DNA of 64,000 nucleotides from a virus: IMG/VR virus record IMGVR_UViG_3300032268_000599, positions 6,363 to 70,362 of that record; one strand, 5' to 3'. Shown piece by piece: positions 11,601 to 19,169 of this stretch (position 1 is its first letter; each line of letters starts with the position of its first letter). The notes under the pieces were generated by a model. It saw only the letters and a program-made list of their open reading frames with translations, ran no database searches and was not told where the DNA came from. The position numbers and the translations under genes were made by a program.

Positions 11601-14600
11601 GCGGCCCCGGCTGCGGGAGTTGGGGATTCGTGGGAGGCGATGGCTAAGGCAACCAGTCGCTATGACCAGTGGACCGGTGGGCAAAAAGCCGAAGCCCTTG
11701 GTGGAAATATGTTCGACATTCTCACCGCGGTCCTCCCCGGAGGTGCCCTATTTAAGGCAAATCAGGTTGGGCAGTTGGGGGTCAAGGGAGCGCTCGCCAG
11801 CACTTCCACGCCCACGGTTTCCGGTATTACTCGCGCGGCTGCTCAGTCGGCAGGGGCGATAGTCCCTGGCGCTGGCATTGTCGGTAGGGGAGTGGCAGGC
11901 GGCGTAATGGCCGCAAGGCAGGCCGCGTGGGTTAGGAAACACACTAGGGGTATTGATTTCAGCGACCTCGTTGCTCCGAGGGCTGCAAGAAAAGAAATCA
12001 TAAGATCCATTGCGGAACTGCAAGCAGCTGCACCCACAAACCTGCATCGGGTCTATACGGATCCAGGCATTTCCAGTGAAACTGGCTTGACCTTGGCCCA
12101 TACGGGACTTGAGATGAAGGCAAGCACCGGAGATGTGGGTGGTTCCATTGGCGTAAATGTGAGGGCCTTCGACAGCCCGAATACCTTGACAAGAATCTTT
12201 TCAAAGTACCAGAGCGTAAAGAACCCGGACAGGGGATTTCACCCGTCAACCGGACTTAAGGGCGGCATATTCCAGGTAATAGCCCATGAATATGGACACG
12301 TCCTTGACCAACTTAACCTTGGTGCCCGGAGCGAGGTGCCAATTCAACTTGTTGACGATTATCCCGGTTCGCGGTCGGGGCCGAGCAAGGCCCCTGAAAA
12401 TGTAACATATCCGCGATCACTGCGCATTTGGCAGGAGATGGAAACCACTAATTTCGGAGATAATCAACCTCGGCTAACGCCAAACGAAGCTTTTGACCTT
12501 TATGGCAACCAGCGAAAAGCCACGCTTGGCGCAGACCGCAGGACATATACGGGAGCAAAGGCGATTTCGGACTTCAGGTTCAGGGAGTTGCTGGGCGAGA
12601 GGTTCAGGGAAGAATTTGACACCGTAACGCGAAATAGGGCCGAGGCATTTGGTACGCCGGATCGTTATAACCCATATGAATTTGCGAAATTTATTCGCAG
12701 CAGGTTGAGTGGCTACAGTTACATAAAGGGTGACGACCTTGAAGTTATGACGGGACTGCCAGGGGGCACCTTAGCTACAATTAGAGAAACCCTGGCCGAC
12801 GCAAACATACACGGGTTTAGTCAAACCCAGCTACAGGATTTGATTACCGCGTCGGTTCTTAGCCCACCGGACGGCAAGGTTCCACAGGCCCTCTCCAACC
12901 TATTTGGCGACCAACTAAAAAACGGTCCACCACGGTCAAGGGAACCCGAGGGGCTTTATGGTTCTCCCGCTCAATGGGCACTGCGAACAATAGATCGCCA
13001 CGAATCCCTTGCCGAGGCTTTTGCCGACGTTATGACAAACGGCGTGCGCGCTTCCCGAGGCAGCAAGACTGTTTACAATGTCCTTCAGGAGCAACTTAAG
13101 CTTCGCGGCGTAAAAATTCCGAAAATAGATAAAGCCGATTATTCCGACGTGACCTCTAGGACCCAGGGCCTTGTGGGTCAGGGCATGTTCGATTCCGAAG
13201 GCTCTCAACTTATTCAGGAAATTTTCAAGACGTACACCGCGGGGCTGCTTTATGCGGAGTCGGACGCAAAGACTAACGCAGAGGCGGCTCGCGCTCGACT
13301 CGGACTCAAGGACGAAGATGCTGCCCTAGGGAGAATGCGCCAAATTCGCCAATCGCGCCGCGACTCTAAGGGGCGGTTCGCCAAGTTGTTTGGCGGGAAG
13401 GGCAAGAAAAAGAGCGAACTCCCATCCGGTCCGATGGCCATGAGCAAACCCCCGGTTCAAGGTAGGGGCTTGGCGAAGGGCTGGGAATCCGCCGTCAAGC
13501 AGGCGGACGAGATGTTCGATTTCGCGGTTGAGGAACACAGGTTTCAGTGGAACCCGTACATACCTACGCGAGCACCGTGGGGGCCGGATGAGGATGGAAA
13601 CCCCCGTAGAAACAGAACTCCGATGGGTTCACCGTTCGACTGGGATCAGTTAACGAGCCTGATTGGGTATTCTGGCAGTTCCTCCGTAAATAAATCATTA
13701 CGCGGAATGGATCAACTGCCATTATATGCGCGCGTTCTAAAAGAATTACTGGCAATCCGTCCAAACATGTCCGGATATGGTGGCAGGGCACAGGTTTATA
13801 GTCCCGGTCAGCTTTTGAAGTACATGGAAGATAATAAGGGTATGCCAGCCGCGGCTATGATCGAAGCCCTCGGTCGCGAGTTCCCAGGTAATAGTACTCA
13901 ACAGTACTGGGAGCTTTTGCTTACTCAAAATTTGGCGAAGGCGCGCGCAGCTGCGGCGAGGATGCTGGACAACCTGGGTACAATTCAATACCTCGACTCA
14001 GCATTTGAAGCGTCCCAGCCGCTAGCCCAGGATATGTGGGTAACAAGATTCGTCGATGACCTTAATCCGAATTTCCCAGATCTAAGCAATCCGGAAGCGC
14101 TGGTCGGACAGACCATTCCGAATGTGGGGTATTCATCGACCTCTGTTGGCATTACCGCTAAACCACAGACCGGACCGCTACAGTGGCGGCATCGTTCTAA
14201 GAATAATCAAGAGGCCAATCCTTTCCAACTTCGACGCGTAATGAAGCAGATGCTAGTTCGCGCCGGGATGCCAGCGATTTGGTTTGGCGGCTACGAGGGC
14301 GAGTTGATGTTCCCAAGGGGGCTTGACTTTAACGTACTCGGCCAACAGGACATTAGGGCAGCTGCGGGTTATGGTCCGGAGGACATGCGATATGCCGCGG
14401 AGGTGGCGCGCAAGGTTGAGGAGATGACCGGGCAGGCCCAGCCGAATAAATTCAAGCTCTGGGGTACTGCATCCCTAAACCCGGATAATCAGTCAACTCC
14501 CACCCCTGCCGATCTTGGGTATGGAGAATTAGAACCAATACTCAAGGCAATGAGTGGTGGTGCGTGGATTAATTTATTAGCGCCACAAAGCCCCACTAAC

Positions 14601-16037
14601 TTCAGGCCAGAGTATTCTGATTTTAGAGACATGCCGCTCTATCATGCCCTCTCCTTTGATAGTCCGACCCCGAACCCGCCGCTGAACCCGGTGCTGTTCG
14701 CCCCCGGATACATGACCAACAATATCCCAAAGAAGAAGGCTTCCGAAGTGCCGATGGATTTCGGGAGCATGGATTTCCCCGATCCGGGCGATGGGTCGCT
14801 AGCGGCTGCGGGTCGCGCGTTTGATCCGATTGCTATGGGCGAACTTTACGGACCGTCGCCAATGGATTTATCTTTTTTACCCGATTTGACAGACGATTGG
14901 AAGGAAGTAATAGCACCGAGGATTGAGAAGTGGGGGACGAGGCGTATGGAAGAAACCGGTCGGCTATACCCCCGCCTTGATCGACTAACCGAACAAGAAC
15001 AGGCCCTAATTTCAACACCCTTCTTAGAAAGCGGTCGATCCCTCTACGGTATTACCGAGATCTTGGGAACCCTGGGGGAGCCTAGCTGGTGGTGGACTCA
15101 TTTGAATTATCGTTTCGGCGCGGAATTTGCGGATTGGTTTACCCCCAAGCTGTTCGGAATGATGCCCGGTACCGACATGATGATGTACGCCAATGGCGGG
15201 TACGTTAGCGGTCGCGGTGGACCGAAGTCGGACATGATCCCGGCGATGCTTTCCAATGGTGAGTTCGTGATGAGCGCGGCGGCAACGGACCGAATTGGCG
15301 CTGGCCGTCTGATGGCGATGAACAAGTTCGCCAACGGTGGCCCCGTCCCACCCGCACCTAGCGGTGGTTCCGATCCGGACGCTTTCAAGGATCTGTCCAA
15401 GTTTATGACGACCCCGCTGTTCAAACCGGCAGAGTCGGGAAGTTCCGATCCGGACGCGTTCAAGGACTTGAGTGCGATAACCCCCGCCAGCATTGCCGGA
15501 TCGGTTCTTTCCCCGAAGGGCGTCGGTGGTGGAGTGTCGGCTGGCGCGGCTGCGCCAAAGCCGAAGGACCCCAGGGCAATCTTGGGTGCCGCACCGCGGA
15601 GCGATAGCTACGTCAACCCCGCGCTGGCCGGTGCTATCAATGGCGTCTTTAACACGGTCGGTGGGCTGGTTTCCCAGGCCGCGGGATTCGCCGGGGCCGC
15701 AGCATCAGCGCAGGCCACTGGCGGTGCCCCGATCCCCGGTGCCGGTCAAGCGACCTCCGCTCTCGTCAGTGCCGGATTCCAGATGGCCGGTGACGTTGCG
15801 GTGGGCGCGGCGAACATCATCTCAGCCCTCCTGGTCGGGACGGTAACCCCGTCGCAAACCGGGCAGGGATACGGTGCCCCGCTACTTCCACAGCAGCAGC
15901 CGGGGGGCGGGGTCAACAACTTCCAGTCCATTCACAACGGAAATGTCGTGACCAACAACTTGTCCGAATACAGCAGGCTCAAGGACCGCAAGGATGCCCA
16001 GAAAGCCGCTCCGTTCTTTAATCGGGTGAACCAGTAA
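5631..16037 (+). CDS. tape measure protein (3468 aa) with M15-like peptidase, SLT transglycosylase, HEXXH zincin and ADP-ribosyltransferase domains
   Basis: Follows chaperones; Ala-rich helical N-half; HDVNRALD/HTKHVH; NHEN...ASGIFQF...YIKKRYG; AHEYGH...ESLAEAFA; VTRF...YSSTS...YEGELMFPRG. Confidence 0.93.
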   Translation: MIEAGVLGLRLSPIATGFWRRADVELKAQKASKAEVKVEADIKKASAQIAGFRMREQANAINLRVKVDEKSIRTANDKIRYIEHTWKQSDIKRAVRVQVFVAGAAALPALTQGIVSVTAAMTELSRVSLALPGLLAGVGAAAASLFTGLNGVGAAFKASNDGMQKSAQYARQYATASRELENAQRDVVKALKDANREIEDQKTKLARGQLSVEQAALNVRRANDAVFKGGFQSITEYQQALLDVKSANLDLSEAVKQNSRNIHDYYESAGRGAAQSDNYKDSLDRLSNSLDSFRKAQFQAAGMSEQFISAMENLAPAGQDFVLQVLKMKGAWQGLQNSIQTTLFKGLGDEITNLANRQLPVLKTGMQQVAAAINNDIKALSRTLSRDSSAKSIANIFQNTGQAITAATPGLDSFTSGLLKLSEVGTRFLPRVALAFNKVMGRFEAFINKADRDGSLNKWIDSGLKLVASLGRSLLSVGSILNSITEAYNKATGNVGGFAATMERALSGLAKSLASPEGQGQLIKWIRSSREFMETISEALPGIRKIFAAIGEGARGFAAVFFPIFSSIGNTIGGANGPLKTFVSGMLIWRTIVPLVNGMGKAWRYLNAQFQQFTEKRAALLSSRTAAWKAAFDADGIKFAAQTRLRALNDEVKETDRLYARMFNSRAAAELEYTKAQKRRQDLEGTAKSSKKAAKKDGLDEAEAKRRRGIYLADANAFKQAKAVEKRALEEFNIRDERLYKAAADRSELRRSLEVARPRAYRDLREATNLATKAQENFNRVNRLTADGMSGKWARSVALMKGKYDGLKSALGFIGGVGASAGIAVGVAVAFDQLTAAQDRNKASADNLKESQDALAQTLSKGTGSATAATLEENARQLRDRSNPVHPDDPGQNFDAAKILEGQLGMSLSEAVNLTLPTEVKKREARLATADAQVIAAVPGLDEWKQWGKDFEKNGVNSSVYGKALNGDPGSIGKVEAAREAIRYANTPGLKLGAAVAIGSAPNDLGAAQEQLDRSGPYGGLRGLSLATGAARSIGNESLARSQDARESANVIPQRGLNSRGSSTFGKFTLGPNGAIINPDGSAVVEVETYPGEAWIQAQADKGISVERRFPNGAVITIGPEFGRQYFNSYARGGPVWGAGSATSDSIPAMLSNGEFVINAKSASLIGHDRLQQMNSMKFANGGLVRRYAPGGPVLPLNPPPDDGGSADVVDAILGGNNGPASIDPFNPGGVYGNVPTPAAPSPPIRTDPVNSAPVVRPYVPPAPAISQFGSIANGIDYIPRLGGSGALSDYGSTAASAVDKAPINPDANILDYLVQVSNAFGLKPGSGPADTDAGNKIADELGIMNHGPIPGNGMRPAQHDVNRALDMGTAEQSQAGEITEFVKAWMSDPAKVAATRQLIYRDPKTGESFGIHKGRRLFGDELQIVYGDDLPDHTKHVHLALEGVPLSAFKTNLPTANIPKLGDMPKAPQGPVAISPGPAASTPKSDVQLSTPGAIKGPFGDIPFDPISILKQIGAAILNGIFAFFGVDGSGFVNALFGLGGQQGLGIGKQVEEIPQADPDLVAGLDAQIAQYEAVGTPAALALAEKIKAGRDGYLKQFDSVNAAASAESAAAYFDSIGQPDTAAKLRAGVEALGPNPNEPNPERFGPVTTVPGTGEKGPTALPRSGVFVAPAANYSGGTPETHNAIYRAFKEAGYPDSEWPSLVELLNHENDTYDPLRPTGGPNSDASGIFQFLSTTWDEVGMQYSTDPYVQSVAGMRYIKKRYGTPTAAWNFWQNPNPPGPDPNWPHWYSTGGMVALARGGMVSGPGTGTSDSIPAMLSNGEFVMRADAVKHWGSDKLHAMNRYADGGLVGYAPGGLVIPSDPEQQKSMLRDAFKPRSDDPNMQGGGGSFDSAPKLSTAQSIGQNIGNWGKGFAQAADQAVTGLAPLVGAGNLLNDAVRLESQLLGRPDQSIKDYKAPGVADSWKGVASAIAPLVGAGNVVNNALGIKAAPAAGVGDSWEAMAKATSRYDQWTGGQKAEALGGNMFDILTAVLPGGALFKANQVGQLGVKGALASTSTPTVSGITRAAAQSAGAIVPGAGIVGRGVAGGVMAARQAAWVRKHTRGIDFSDLVAPRAARKEIIRSIAELQAAAPTNLHRVYTDPGISSETGLTLAHTGLEMKASTGDVGGSIGVNVRAFDSPNTLTRIFSKYQSVKNPDRGFHPSTGLKGGIFQVIAHEYGHVLDQLNLGARSEVPIQLVDDYPGSRSGPSKAPENVTYPRSLRIWQEMETTNFGDNQPRLTPNEAFDLYGNQRKATLGADRRTYTGAKAISDFRFRELLGERFREEFDTVTRNRAEAFGTPDRYNPYEFAKFIRSRLSGYSYIKGDDLEVMTGLPGGTLATIRETLADANIHGFSQTQLQDLITASVLSPPDGKVPQALSNLFGDQLKNGPPRSREPEGLYGSPAQWALRTIDRHESLAEAFADVMTNGVRASRGSKTVYNVLQEQLKLRGVKIPKIDKADYSDVTSRTQGLVGQGMFDSEGSQLIQEIFKTYTAGLLYAESDAKTNAEAARARLGLKDEDAALGRMRQIRQSRRDSKGRFAKLFGGKGKKKSELPSGPMAMSKPPVQGRGLAKGWESAVKQADEMFDFAVEEHRFQWNPYIPTRAPWGPDEDGNPRRNRTPMGSPFDWDQLTSLIGYSGSSSVNKSLRGMDQLPLYARVLKELLAIRPNMSGYGGRAQVYSPGQLLKYMEDNKGMPAAAMIEALGREFPGNSTQQYWELLLTQNLAKARAAAARMLDNLGTIQYLDSAFEASQPLAQDMWVTRFVDDLNPNFPDLSNPEALVGQTIPNVGYSSTSVGITAKPQTGPLQWRHRSKNNQEANPFQLRRVMKQMLVRAGMPAIWFGGYEGELMFPRGLDFNVLGQQDIRAAAGYGPEDMRYAAEVARKVEEMTGQAQPNKFKLWGTASLNPDNQSTPTPADLGYGELEPILKAMSGGAWINLLAPQSPTNFRPEYSDFRDMPLYHALSFDSPTPNPPLNPVLFAPGYMTNNIPKKKASEVPMDFGSMDFPDPGDGSLAAAGRAFDPIAMGELYGPSPMDLSFLPDLTDDWKEVIAPRIEKWGTRRMEETGRLYPRLDRLTEQEQALISTPFLESGRSLYGITEILGTLGEPSWWWTHLNYRFGAEFADWFTPKLFGMMPGTDMMMYANGGYVSGRGGPKSDMIPAMLSNGEFVMSAAATDRIGAGRLMAMNKFANGGPVPPAPSGGSDPDAFKDLSKFMTTPLFKPAESGSSDPDAFKDLSAITPASIAGSVLSPKGVGGGVSAGAAAPKPKDPRAILGAAPRSDSYVNPALAGAINGVFNTVGGLVSQAAGFAGAAASAQATGGAPIPGAGQATSALVSAGFQMAGDVAVGAANIISALLVGTVTPSQTGQGYGAPLLPQQQPGGGVNNFQSIHNGNVVTNNLSEYSRLKDRKDAQKAAPFFNRVNQ
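9017..15275 (+). repeat. three copies of linker (Y/L)AxGGxVxGxGxxxSDxIPAMLSNGEFV within the tape measure (about 9017-9105, 11026-11110, 15186-15272)
   Basis: Protein repeats with conserved DNA core gacagcatccc(g/t)gcgatgct...aa(t/c)gg(c/t)gagtt; each followed by MNx(1-3)(F/Y)AxGG. Confidence 0.9.
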
Positions 16038-16948
16038 TGAGTGACGGATACCTCTCCAACAAGATCGAGGTGTATGGGTGCGACGGATCGTACTGGTACA
16101 TCAGCGGACCGGACATTCCAGAAGAAGCCGGTGTGACACTTAATCCCAAACTTACCGGTGCCATTGATGCCCCGGTAAAGACGCAGTGGCTTCCCGGCGC
16201 TTTCGGGCAAGAGTCCCAGGGATACCGGTGGGAACGCAGAGACATTATTTTCGCGGTACAAACCTTCGCGCAAGACCCCGAAACCTGGATGACAGTTGAT
16301 TCGGAATGGCGCAACGCATTTGATTACGTCAAGACCACCAGGATCGCCTACACCACATCGGCTGGAACCCGGTGGCTGGACGTGAGGATGCTGGAAGAGC
16401 CGAAGAGCTACGAGGGCGAGACGGACAACGGGAAGTCCCCATTCCTCGTGTGCGACTCAACAATAGTTATGACCGTTGCATCAGAGTTGCCATTCTATGT
16501 CGGGGAAACCGACGTGTACGAGTGGTCGCTTACCGGACAAACATTCGGATCAACCACCATAGATATCGTCAACGAGTCCGACGTGGAGGTGTGGCCCAAG
16601 TGGACCCTGACCGGTGGTGCCACCTGGACCCTCCCAGACTTCAGCTGGGGCAACAACGATTACGGGCGCGCAGATGAGGATGCCGGTAGGACCGTGGACC
16701 TTCCGGCATTGACGGTCTACGAAAACATCGTGGTTGATTCGGACCCGCGGAAGCAGACGATCCTTTCATCGAATATGTCGAATGTTCAGGGCCGGTGGAA
16801 GGGTAACGATCTTCTTTACCCACTGGCACCGGGGGCCACGGAATCGCTTCCGATATCGGTGACCGGTATCAACAACCCTGCCGGTGCAGCACTTCGCCTA
16901 GAGATACCGAAATGGTTCACCAGGCCATGGGGAAGGCCGTTGCCATGA
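16037..16948 (+). CDS. distal tail (Dit-like) minor tail protein
   Basis: Directly after tape measure; GCDGSYWYISG, DSEWRNAFDY, WPKWTL, TWTLPDFSW motifs. Confidence 0.85.
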   Translation: MSDGYLSNKIEVYGCDGSYWYISGPDIPEEAGVTLNPKLTGAIDAPVKTQWLPGAFGQESQGYRWERRDIIFAVQTFAQDPETWMTVDSEWRNAFDYVKTTRIAYTTSAGTRWLDVRMLEEPKSYEGETDNGKSPFLVCDSTIVMTVASELPFYVGETDVYEWSLTGQTFGSTTIDIVNESDVEVWPKWTLTGGATWTLPDFSWGNNDYGRADEDAGRTVDLPALTVYENIVVDSDPRKQTILSSNMSNVQGRWKGNDLLYPLAPGATESLPISVTGINNPAGAALRLEIPKWFTRPWGRPLP

Positions 16949-18711
16949 CGATTGCAGATGCCAACCTGTTGGCGATCATCAATAACACCCAGGAGTATTG
17001 CGAGGCTTGGCGCGAGGAGCTTCTCAACAAGAGGAAGCAAAAGCCATACATCAGGATCTGGAAGAACAAAGACAACGGCACCCCTGGCCTTGAGTATGTG
17101 GGCCGCATCCACTACGACGACACCATCCGCGCCTCATTCTCGTTCCGAAAGAATGAATCCACACAGGGAGTGTTGGAGATTCGCACCGACCACTACATCT
17201 CTGAGTGGATCAGAAGTGTGGTCATGTCCCCGGAGTTACGGAAGAACATCGTCATCACCGTGGACTTCTACGGTGGTGAAAAGCGTTGGAGCGGAATACT
17301 TAAGAGCCACTCGATCAAGGTGAACGAGGACTTCGTTCGCTACCACGAGTTGACGTTCAATGATGATCTTCAGTTCCTTCAGTTCTTGTTATGCCCCCCG
17401 AACCCCGCGCTGCCAGTTAACGTCTTTCAATTTCCGCGCGTATTTACCCTGGCCGGTCCCGCGAAATGGGCAATTTCCGTTATGATTTTGCTGAATCTAA
17501 TTCGCGTCGAGGGGAACCTGTGGAGCCTTCCGGACGATCCATTTGATTTCGAGTCATGGGATGACCTGTGGGACTGGTCGGACTGGCAAGTGCATATCAA
17601 GTGCAAGCCGTTCAGTCTGGATGACAGCAGCTTGTGGGTTTTGCTTGCGTCGAGGATGAATCCGGTCGATTCGGTGATTGCCGAAGCACTCGATGACAGC
17701 CAGCTGACCCTAAGGTACAGAAGGGTTTTCAGCGATCTAGGTGAAACCTCCGATGGTCTGCCGCCAGGTGTCACACCCGCTAACGGTGCCCTCGTTTTTG
17801 AACTTGTAGACGACAGTGGATATCACAGCCAGCTTCACGGAACATTCCTTGAGGGAACGATTGCTGATGGGCTGGTCAGGTCGGGCGCGGTTTATGCGGG
17901 TGGGTTCATCGAGGACACCATTGGGATGTTTCAAGATAGCTCTAGCTTCTACAAGCCGCAGATTGATGGCGGACTGGGATATCTGGATTCTTACTGGGGG
18001 CCAGGATTCCTTGGAAGCTTGGGGGCCGCACCGTGGTTGATAATCAGGGACAACAAATGGACTGAAGTTGCCACATCGGAACTAACGTACAGTCCATCGA
18101 CTGCCGTCTCAGTGGTTGTCGGCGGGGATAATCCCGCCGCGGATGCGGTAGCCAGATTGATTATCGAAACCGTGGGAAACGTACTTGGCTACTTCCTGCT
18201 TTTCGGCTTCAGTTCGGCTGGAACCATTGCCGCCGATCTCATCATGCCCTTCCTCCGAGGCACCATCCTGGCATGGGTGCGCCACAAAAATTCGTCCAGG
18301 GCCAAGGAACTCGGGTGGGTCCACCTGTGGGAGATTTACCAGCAGGGCGCAGAGGCCAACGCGTGGAGTTTGTCGGCAATCGCGGCCCTTCGTGGCGGAT
18401 TCCTCGCCACCCGCACCCAGACCTCCCACACGCTCATGCTCAAGGGCACGCGCTGGATCCTGCCGGGACTGCACTTTGATGTGGGCAGCCGGGTCGGGTC
18501 CACGGCCAAGGAATACCCGGACTATATCTTTGTGAATCAGGTCGAGTCCATTGAGGCCACCTGGGACCACACCGAGGATGGCGGTCTTGACTACACAATC
18601 CAGATCGGCACGAATAAAGCGGCCATGAGCATGGGTGAGAGATCGGCCAGGGCTATGCAGAAGGCAATAACGACGCTAAACAATCTTGGTGTCAATCTAA
18701 TTTCTGGCTAA
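16945..18711 (+). CDS. minor tail protein (Gp37-like baseplate hub)
   Basis: ATGA overlap with Dit; PNPALP..FQFPRVF, HFDVGSRVG motifs of mycobacteriophage minor tail proteins. Confidence 0.85.
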   Translation: MTIADANLLAIINNTQEYCEAWREELLNKRKQKPYIRIWKNKDNGTPGLEYVGRIHYDDTIRASFSFRKNESTQGVLEIRTDHYISEWIRSVVMSPELRKNIVITVDFYGGEKRWSGILKSHSIKVNEDFVRYHELTFNDDLQFLQFLLCPPNPALPVNVFQFPRVFTLAGPAKWAISVMILLNLIRVEGNLWSLPDDPFDFESWDDLWDWSDWQVHIKCKPFSLDDSSLWVLLASRMNPVDSVIAEALDDSQLTLRYRRVFSDLGETSDGLPPGVTPANGALVFELVDDSGYHSQLHGTFLEGTIADGLVRSGAVYAGGFIEDTIGMFQDSSSFYKPQIDGGLGYLDSYWGPGFLGSLGAAPWLIIRDNKWTEVATSELTYSPSTAVSVVVGGDNPAADAVARLIIETVGNVLGYFLLFGFSSAGTIAADLIMPFLRGTILAWVRHKNSSRAKELGWVHLWEIYQQGAEANAWSLSAIAALRGGFLATRTQTSHTLMLKGTRWILPGLHFDVGSRVGSTAKEYPDYIFVNQVESIEATWDHTEDGGLDYTIQIGTNKAAMSMGERSARAMQKAITTLNNLGVNLISG

Positions 18712-18746
18712 TTGATTGATAAGCTATTACCGAGAGGTGATCTGAA

Positions 18747-19169
18747 ATTCATCCCATTCAGAGCGAATGTGACCCCCACAACCCTGAGCAACATGCAGCT
18801 TGGTGTTGGGCTGGCGGCATTCCAGATCCCTCACCGGCTAGGCCAATGCCGATCCCGCTGATTAGTCCACAGCTGACCGCTGGGGTTTCCAAGATGCTGT
18901 GGGATTTCGGGTTCAGGCATCACCCGGAGCTACAAAACGTATGGGTGGATGGCGTTGCCGGATTGGGAATGGTGGCCAATCTGGTGGATACGAAGCCCGA
19001 AGAAGTGGACTTCAAGGATGTTGCTCTGGAATTCCTAGAGGCAAACAACCCCGGACTTTTAGAAACAATACGAAACGCAGACCCGAAAGAGCGGGAAGCT
19101 CTGATCCAGAAATTGGAGAAGAGTTTCGGTGAACTTCAGGGGCTTATCGAAGCATTGAAGGAGGGCTGA
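18747..19169 (+). CDS. DUF2744-like tail-region protein, apparent ATT start
   Basis: HPIQSECDPHNPEQHAAW...SKMLWDFGFRHHP; GAGAGGTGA RBS 6 nt before ATT; in-frame TGA at 18738. Confidence 0.7.
   Translation: MHPIQSECDPHNPEQHAAWCWAGGIPDPSPARPMPIPLISPQLTAGVSKMLWDFGFRHHPELQNVWVDGVAGLGMVANLVDTKPEEVDFKDVALEFLEANNPGLLETIRNADPKEREALIQKLEKSFGELQGLIEALKEG

Noticed and set aside
15361-15475. Duplicated SDPDAFKDLS segment in the tape measure
   Set aside because: Real but short local duplication in a low-complexity linker; no function inferable
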